The notes under the pieces: generated by a model
The model's database searches: none
Told to the model about the DNA's origin: nothing
What the model saw: the letters and a program-made list of their open reading frames with translations, nothing else
Program-made: the position numbers and the translations under genes
Assembly (NCBI GenBank): GCA_965228855.1
Contig: CBDDIJ010000002.1
Span: 1,888,001 to 1,952,000, forward strand
Length of the DNA stretch: 64,000 nucleotides
Source of the DNA: Candidatus Obscuribacterales bacterium
GTDB taxonomy: Bacteria > Cyanobacteriota > Vampirovibrionia > Obscuribacterales > Obscuribacteraceae
Reading direction: 5' to 3'
Shown here: piece by piece, positions 58,006 to 64,000 of the stretch
How positions within the stretch are numbered: position 1 is the stretch's first letter
Layout: each line of letters starts with the position of its first letter

Positions 58006-58048
58006 AATGAAGCTGTCGGCCAACTTCAATGTATAGATTAAGGAACTA

Positions 58049-60805
58049 ATGGAAAAACTCGCTTTCCGCAAGCTAATTGCATCGTACCTGGCGATGAGTC
58101 TGGGCTGTGCGATCACCGCACCACAGCTTCCGGTCTTCGCTCATGGTATCTCCCGTGATACTACCTTGATTGCGCAAGATGCCGGCGAGGGCGAGGAGGA
58201 GAGAAGCGAAGGTGAGATGGATGGCGATGGCGTAGAGCCTGGCTCTTCATCAGGCTCCGGCGGTTTACGGGGACTGGGCGATGACAATGCTCAGTCCAGT
58301 CAGTCGACCGAAATTGACGCAGCGGGCTCTCCGGCGGAAGACGTGCCCGCCAGAAGTCGTCCGTCACTGTCGACTCCCGGTGCGGTTGATCCGTTAATTC
58401 AATCAAGTAGCGCGTCAGCTTCGGCTGCCGACCTGGATAAAGTCGAGTCGGTTGTTGCAAAAGCAGTCGAGGCGATGGGAGATGCTGCCGGTTTGAAAAA
58501 ACTGGAGAAGTCGATAATAGTTGTTGGAAAGCTCATTCCCGGCAATCAAGATCAATCGGCTGCGTACACGTATAAGAAGTTTCGCAAAGGTAAGAAGTGG
58601 CGCGTAGACCTCGAGTCGCCGAGCAAACCGGGTCAAACCGAAACCCGGCGAATTCTTGCGTACAACGGCATGGCGGGCTGGAGATCGTCTGGAACGATCG
58701 CTGAAGATTTGAGTGCCATTCGTTTGCGACAGTTAAACGACGACAACGAACGCGCGCAAACTATTCTCGCGCGTTTTTCCAATCCAGATTACAAGTTCAC
58801 ATTGCTTGGTCCGACGACGTTTCGGCAGATTCCGGTGTATGCGGTGCAGGTCGATCACGACGGGGAAACACCCACCATTGTCTACATCGACAAGCGCAAC
58901 TTCCTGGTTGATGGAATTTCTTATGAAACCAGCGATCCATCGGATGCGAACGGGCGAAAAATCTCGATGGAGTATGCCGAGTACCGCCCCATCGGCGGTA
59001 CCATGTTTCCCTATCGTCAGACTAAATACATGGACGATAAAGCGGCGTCCGAGATTGTCGTGACCAGTATTTCGATGACTTCTGAGATAGATGAAGCTGT
59101 TTTCGACCGTCCGCAATCTGCAGATAAAGTTCACCTCTCTCGGGCGATTGTTGTTCCTTTCGACTACCAGCAACGTGAAATTCTGGTCAAGGGCCGCATA
59201 AATAGCGGCGAAGAGGTCACGTTCCTCTTTGACACCGGAGCCAGTGACACCATCATCGATCGCCGCGTGGCGGCAGAAAGTTTTCTTAACAAGGAAGGGC
59301 AGAGTGGCTTGATGGCGTTGGGTGGCAGAGTCGACGTCAACAACACTGTTCTCAAAAGATTGGAAATCGGTGGCCTCGTTCTTAACGACGTTGATGCTCG
59401 GATTGCCAATTTAAGCGCTCAATCGACGCAGCTCGGCCGCAAGCTCGCCGGTATCATCGGCACTAACGTCATGGAGAAGGCGGTCGTACGCATTGACTAC
59501 GGAAAGCCCAATCTGACCTTCTACGACAAGGACGCATTTCAACGTCCGGCAAACGCTACTATCGTCCCGCTTGTGCAGCAAAATGCACCGGTGGTGAAAG
59601 CTCGAATAAACGGTGCGGACGAAGTTCTCATGCTTGCAGACACCGGCGCGGCGTTGAATAATTTGCCGGCGGAAGTCGCGAAGAAGGTCCTTCAGCGAAA
59701 CAGCAACCAGGAGACTCATACTACTGAAGGTACGGGTCTGGACGGGCGGCGAGTGAAGCTGGGCAACGTGGTGGCGAAAACTACTTCCGTCGGTCCGCAC
59801 TCAGTCTCCAACATGAACTATACCTATACTGTCTCCGGCGCTGCCGCGGCGAAGCCGGAAGCCGGAAAGGTCGTTGAGGCCAGAGAAGGTTTCTTTCAAA
59901 ATTCATCGATCGGAATTCTCGGAAATTCATTCTGGGAGAATTTCATCGTCACCGTCGATTATAAATTCCAACGTTTGCTGCTAGAGCCGAATCCGGGCGT
60001 TCGCATCAGAAGCGAGATTGGTAAGGCGCTTGATCTTGGCGATTCGAAGCTGTTTGTCTACAGTGATTATCGTGCTGGTGAAGCGGCTTATCAGCGCGGA
60101 TTGATGCTTGCAGCCAACGCCAAAGATCTGAGAAATGAGGCTTTGCTTTGGGGACGCATGGGGAATCTGCGGAGAATGATGGCAAAGGATCTGGCACGTC
60201 CGGAGCATGCAAAAGCTTCGTATGAGTACTTCATAAAGGCTCAGGATATGGCTCGCAGAGCGGGTGCTCACGATGTAGAAGGGCGCATTCTTGCCGATTG
60301 GAGTTTGCTTTACAGTGATAACGGACAGATTCAGGAAGCACGACAGACCATCAATCGCGCGGTCATGATGGCGCCGCAAGATCCGCAGGTCAACCTTGAT
60401 TACGCGATACATCTCTCCAAGGATCAAAATTTCCTGGAGATGCAAAAGTACATCGACAAAGCACTATTTTTCGATCCATCCAACTGGCAGGCGCTATGGG
60501 CGCAGTTCAAACTCTCGGAAAAATTTATGGACTACGCCAGGGGCATCACAACGCTGAAGGAAATTACACGGTATTACCCGTGGTCTAAGTTGGCCGCGTC
60601 CAAACTAGTCGAGTGGCAGGGGTTGCTGAAACAGTCAAAAGCCTCGCCGGCTCCTGGTTCCGCCGCTGCGCCGGGCATGAGACCGGTTAATGCGATTCCT
60701 CAACCTCCGAGCATCAGACCAGGAGCACCACAGACGGTGCCAAGTATACGACCGGGTTATCCTCAGAGTGTTCCAAGCATTCGGCCGGGTTCTTCGATGC
60801 AGTAA
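58049..60805 (+). CDS. Exported multidomain protein: LolA-like beta domain, two retropepsin-like aspartyl protease domains, TPRs, Pro-rich tail
   Basis: Signal peptide; FLFDTGAS..GIIG and MLADTGAA..GILG; TPR region; PSIRPG x3. Confidence 0.85.
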   Translation: MEKLAFRKLIASYLAMSLGCAITAPQLPVFAHGISRDTTLIAQDAGEGEEERSEGEMDGDGVEPGSSSGSGGLRGLGDDNAQSSQSTEIDAAGSPAEDVPARSRPSLSTPGAVDPLIQSSSASASAADLDKVESVVAKAVEAMGDAAGLKKLEKSIIVVGKLIPGNQDQSAAYTYKKFRKGKKWRVDLESPSKPGQTETRRILAYNGMAGWRSSGTIAEDLSAIRLRQLNDDNERAQTILARFSNPDYKFTLLGPTTFRQIPVYAVQVDHDGETPTIVYIDKRNFLVDGISYETSDPSDANGRKISMEYAEYRPIGGTMFPYRQTKYMDDKAASEIVVTSISMTSEIDEAVFDRPQSADKVHLSRAIVVPFDYQQREILVKGRINSGEEVTFLFDTGASDTIIDRRVAAESFLNKEGQSGLMALGGRVDVNNTVLKRLEIGGLVLNDVDARIANLSAQSTQLGRKLAGIIGTNVMEKAVVRIDYGKPNLTFYDKDAFQRPANATIVPLVQQNAPVVKARINGADEVLMLADTGAALNNLPAEVAKKVLQRNSNQETHTTEGTGLDGRRVKLGNVVAKTTSVGPHSVSNMNYTYTVSGAAAAKPEAGKVVEAREGFFQNSSIGILGNSFWENFIVTVDYKFQRLLLEPNPGVRIRSEIGKALDLGDSKLFVYSDYRAGEAAYQRGLMLAANAKDLRNEALLWGRMGNLRRMMAKDLARPEHAKASYEYFIKAQDMARRAGAHDVEGRILADWSLLYSDNGQIQEARQTINRAVMMAPQDPQVNLDYAIHLSKDQNFLEMQKYIDKALFFDPSNWQALWAQFKLSEKFMDYARGITTLKEITRYYPWSKLAASKLVEWQGLLKQSKASPAPGSAAAPGMRPVNAIPQPPSIRPGAPQTVPSIRPGYPQSVPSIRPGSSMQ
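60708..60790 (+). repeat. Three 11-aa coding repeats PSIRPGxPQxV (last copy partial)
   Basis: PSIRPGAPQTV-PSIRPGYPQSV-PSIRPG with divergent codons. Confidence 0.8.
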
Positions 60806-60841
60806 GGAGTTTCGTCTCCAGTCGGTTTAGACGTTTCCGTC

Positions 60842-61624
60842 TCAGTGTGTAGAACGCTCTTTCACCGCATTTCGAAGTTTGTCGTACTTCACACCGAACC
60901 AGTATTTCCGCATCTCCTTATAGGTATCGTCGAAGCCCCAGTTGTCGCGAGTGACGCGCCAGATGCCAATCATGCAGCCGGTTCTGTCTGAGCCATGTGC
61001 GCAGTGAACCAGGACAGGTTCGTTTTTCTCCTTGGCACTGTCTATGGTGGCAAGCAGCGTTTCCACTTGCTTTTTCGTCGGTGCTTCGGCGGTCATGGTC
61101 AAATTTATGTACTTCATGCCGAGCTTCTTGGCGAGTTCTTCCTCATTGTGCGCGGCCTCGGTTTTGGCTCTCAGGTCGATCAAGGTTTTCACACCCATCT
61201 TCTGGAGCTGTACCATGCCTTCGGGGCTAGGTTCGCCCCCTCTATATAAGTAGTCCGTGACCTTGTGGAAGTTCGGCAATGCCTGCGTCTCTTTAGGACG
61301 AGCTGCGCTCATTTTGTCTTCTGGTTGTTTAGCAACCGGTTTACCAGGCTCTGCGCCTGCGGACGATTTAACCGGATGAGTCTCCAGGGGCTTAGCGGGT
61401 GCGTTAGCGGCCTCGTTAGCCTGTCTCTTCACCGTCTCGCCGGCTGGCGAATCGGATAAAGTAGATCCTGATGTCTGAGCGTCAACGGAAAAACTGTTGA
61501 AAACAACAGTGCCGCAGGCAGCTATGGACGCCAAAATGGTCTTCACGAACTTTCTGGTGGAAGGCTCGTCTAGGAGATTGAAGTCATGGGGTTGCTTAAA
61601 TTTGCTTAATTTTTGCGTTTTCAT
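60842..61624 (-). CDS. Protein-tyrosine/dual-specificity phosphatase family protein, probably exported
   Basis: PNFHKV..LYRG, LIDLR, HCAHGSDRTG (CX5R); hydrophobic N-terminal segment. Confidence 0.9.
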   Translation of the reverse strand: MKTQKLSKFKQPHDFNLLDEPSTRKFVKTILASIAACGTVVFNSFSVDAQTSGSTLSDSPAGETVKRQANEAANAPAKPLETHPVKSSAGAEPGKPVAKQPEDKMSAARPKETQALPNFHKVTDYLYRGGEPSPEGMVQLQKMGVKTLIDLRAKTEAAHNEEELAKKLGMKYINLTMTAEAPTKKQVETLLATIDSAKEKNEPVLVHCAHGSDRTGCMIGIWRVTRDNWGFDDTYKEMRKYWFGVKYDKLRNAVKERSTH

Positions 61625-61693
61625 TGAACTTTTCTCGTGCTTTTTACGTTGATCTAAGTGTAACCAATCGTTGGGTTGGATATGGAAGTCGAA

Positions 61694-62323
61694 ATGACCG
61701 ATGAGGCCCTTGTCAAAAAATACAGACAAGCCAGGGACATGAATTCATTCAAGACCCTGGTGCGCCGATACCAAAATCGAATATTCAATTCGGCTTACCA
61801 CTTAATTGGTAACAAAGAGGAGGCTGAGGAGGTTGTGCAAGACACCTTCGTGAAAGTCCACCAGGGGATCGACAACTTTAGAGAAGACGCATCTTTTGGA
61901 GCCTGGGTTTTTCGCATCTCGCACAATCTTTGCATGGACATCTTGAGAAACAGGAAGAAGAGAGTTGCAATTCAAACTATCCCGATTCTGGCACGTACCG
62001 GTGAAGAAACCGATGGTGACTATGAAGCGGGAGTGGACGATATTGCCGATATGACTCTAGAGCCTGCTCAAGTTCTCGATCTCAAAGAGGAGAGCGAGAT
62101 CATAGAGTTGTCGCTCAAGAGTCTTCCTGAGGCTCAGAGAGCCGTTCTGATCCTGCATGACCTCGAAGGATTTCAGTATCAACAAATTGCTGAAATCATC
62201 GGAGCCAGCATAGGGACTGTGAGATCGAGGCTTCATTATGGCCGAATCAAACTGAAGGAGATGCTCGACGCGTATTACGCGATGAAGGGCAATCCTGTTA
62301 CTCCACCGATAACTCCAAGGTGA
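61694..62323 (+). CDS. ECF sigma-70 factor
   Basis: AEEVVQDTF, FGAWVFRI, YQQIAEIIG, GTVRSRL. Confidence 0.95.
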   Translation: MTDEALVKKYRQARDMNSFKTLVRRYQNRIFNSAYHLIGNKEEAEEVVQDTFVKVHQGIDNFREDASFGAWVFRISHNLCMDILRNRKKRVAIQTIPILARTGEETDGDYEAGVDDIADMTLEPAQVLDLKEESEIIELSLKSLPEAQRAVLILHDLEGFQYQQIAEIIGASIGTVRSRLHYGRIKLKEMLDAYYAMKGNPVTPPITPR

Positions 62324-63180
62324 TTGATATGAACGCTAATGATAATTGCCTAGACATGAGGGAGCTGATAAGCGCCTATCGTGATGCTGAGCTGGATGCC
62401 GACGAGCATCGTCGCGTTGACGAGCATCTGGCTTCGTGCTCCGGATGTCGGGAAGAACTCGCGACCGTCGAGTCGGCAGTCCGGAGTCTAAAAAGCCTCT
62501 CGCCGGTCAGGCTCTCAGTCGATTTCGCCGATGATATCGACGCAATCATCAAGCGCGCTGAAGCGAGCGGTGCTAGTGAGGTTACGGTGACGGAACCGAC
62601 TGGTATTTCGCCTTCAGCAACCGGTTCGAACGACGGTGCCAATGTTGTACCATTCAAGCGCAAGTCTCAAAAAGCCTGGCTCGCGGTAGCCGCTGCAATT
62701 ACGGTTTCACTGCTTGCCGCTGCCTACTTCGGCAATGGTGGAAGTGGACCGGCTGTGATTGCGGATAGACCGGACAATGTGATGGAATCCGTCGATCAGG
62801 CCGATGAGGACGAAATTGCCAGCTCTGACGACATTCCGCCGCTAAACGACGATAACAAGGACGCTTCGAAGAACGAGACTGTTGCTCCGGAAGTTGCCAC
62901 CGCAGGTGGTGTTGAGGTGAAAGCCAAACCCGACACCATTCAAGTTCAAAAGGAGAAAGCTCCTTCTTCTCACATGAAGGATGACAGCGTCATCGCTCAG
63001 GCTCCGAAGGTACAACATCCTGGGGTTTCCAGCGATAACAAAGGACCACGAACAGAACTTTTTGTTGACGATCTATCAGATAACGAGGCCCTGGTCGCTT
63101 TATCCGATTCGTATGACGATGGTGGTATCTTTGACGGTATCAGCACAGATGAGGACGGTCTCTATGCGATTAAGATGTAG
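62320..63180 (+). CDS. Zinc-binding (ZAS) membrane anti-sigma factor
   Basis: HLASCSGC (HxxxCxxC), TM WLAVAAAITVSLLAAAYF; GTGA overlap with the sigma gene. Confidence 0.9.
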   Translation: MIDMNANDNCLDMRELISAYRDAELDADEHRRVDEHLASCSGCREELATVESAVRSLKSLSPVRLSVDFADDIDAIIKRAEASGASEVTVTEPTGISPSATGSNDGANVVPFKRKSQKAWLAVAAAITVSLLAAAYFGNGGSGPAVIADRPDNVMESVDQADEDEIASSDDIPPLNDDNKDASKNETVAPEVATAGGVEVKAKPDTIQVQKEKAPSSHMKDDSVIAQAPKVQHPGVSSDNKGPRTELFVDDLSDNEALVALSDSYDDGGIFDGISTDEDGLYAIKM

Positions 63181-63220
63181 GACGAACCTGACCGCAGATC
63201 GTGCGAAAGGGGAGAAGGGA

Positions 63221-64000
63221 GTGCGAAATCTCACTCTCTCCCTTACTACCTTGTCTTTTTTAGCAGCCGTCAGCCTGTCTCATATGCCGGCCTGCGCAGC
63301 GCCCGGCGATGATAGCAGTGCAAGCTCGACCATGTCTGAGCGAATCAGGAAGTACACGGGAGAGGAAGAGGCTGAGTCGGGGAGCGGTTTGCCGGCTGAC
63401 CGAATGCAGAGAGTTCGGGAAAAGCTTATGCAGATGCCTCCTGAGCAGCGCGAAAAGTTGATGCAGCAGATGCGCGAACGACGTGGCGCGAAGCGCGGCG
63501 CGAATTTTGGACCTGACGGTGGACCCGATGGCGGACCACCGCCGGATGGAATGGGACCGGACGACGGTCCTCCCGGCGGGCCGCCGGATGGCGGTCCAGG
63601 CGGGTCTCGTCGTCCGCGGCACTTTGGAAACGGACCATCAATAAAAGGTGGAAAGTTCTTTGGGCGTGAGCCTCTCGATTTAACGAAATTGAATTTGACG
63701 CAAGAGCAGAAGGCTAAAATTCAGACGATGCGCTCGGCGAACGGTCAGAAAGCGCGCGCATTGCATGCTGATCTGAAGCAGCGCCGCGAGAAATTTCGAG
63801 AGATGTTATTTGATCCCAACGCCTCGAATGATGACATTCTTGCAATGAGGCGCGAGGTCAACAAGCTACAGACCCAAGCCGAAGATCTGATGCTTACAGA
63901 CTTTCTGGGAATCAGAAAGTTGCTGACGAAAGAACAGATGGAACTTTTGCCGTCCATTCGGCCGCAAGAGCCACCCAGGCGAATGGCTAAACCACGCAAG
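63221..64000 (+). CDS. Spy/CpxP family periplasmic chaperone (runs off window end; absent from ORF track)
   Basis: My translation from GTG 63221: signal peptide MRNLTLSLTTLSFLAAVSL.., Gly/Pro/Asp tract, LNLTQEQK and LLTKEQ motifs; open to 64000. Confidence 0.85.
   Translation, partial: MRNLTLSLTTLSFLAAVSLSHMPACAAPGDDSSASSTMSERIRKYTGEEEAESGSGLPADRMQRVREKLMQMPPEQREKLMQQMRERRGAKRGANFGPDGGPDGGPPPDGMGPDDGPPGGPPDGGPGGSRRPRHFGNGPSIKGGKFFGREPLDLTKLNLTQEQKAKIQTMRSANGQKARALHADLKQRREKFREMLFDPNASNDDILAMRREVNKLQTQAEDLMLTDFLGIRKLLTKEQMELLPSIRPQEPPRRMAKPRK

Noticed and set aside
1..64000. CRISPR array, transposase, prophage, reverse transcriptase or known defence system; many long antisense ORFs
   Set aside because: No such motifs or spaced direct repeats were seen; the antisense ORFs are shadows of well-supported genes.

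Overview
Chromosomal window (about 51% GC by eye) from a diderm bacterium with cyanobacteria-like proteins but no photosynthesis genes in view. It is most consistent with Vampirovibrionia/Melainabacteria (Obscuribacterales-like), which is an inference. Housekeeping blocks are secD-secF, yceD-rpmF-plsX-fabH-fabD, tRNA-Gln-rplY, recN, mrp/apbC, metB-like/lysC, sufR with sufC-B-D-Rieske-S-U-T, pyk, a GH57 branching enzyme, kdsA, and an ECF sigma/anti-sigma/Spy operon. These are interspersed with an expanded family of Ser/Thr kinase-TM-LRR receptor genes (four intact, one partial, one mosaic remnant). The standout is an unannotated ribosome-mediated transcription attenuator in front of the metB-like/aspartokinase operon: a consensus sigma70 promoter, an apparently leaderless 27-codon peptide MQKHVTMSMAMQMPSARGWRCCSRFIA, a 14-bp antiterminator and a strong intrinsic terminator. 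It is a candidate methionine-sensing, possibly cysteine-gated, attenuator. Other elements missing from or unexplained by the ORF track: a probable 6S RNA, a tandem Cys-rich N-terminal extension on one kinase that lacks a canonical start codon, a degenerate GGDEF and a stand-alone MshEN pair flanking secDF, and an Omp-alpha-like SLH/coiled-coil protein without a beta-barrel. No CRISPR array, transposase or integrase was seen.
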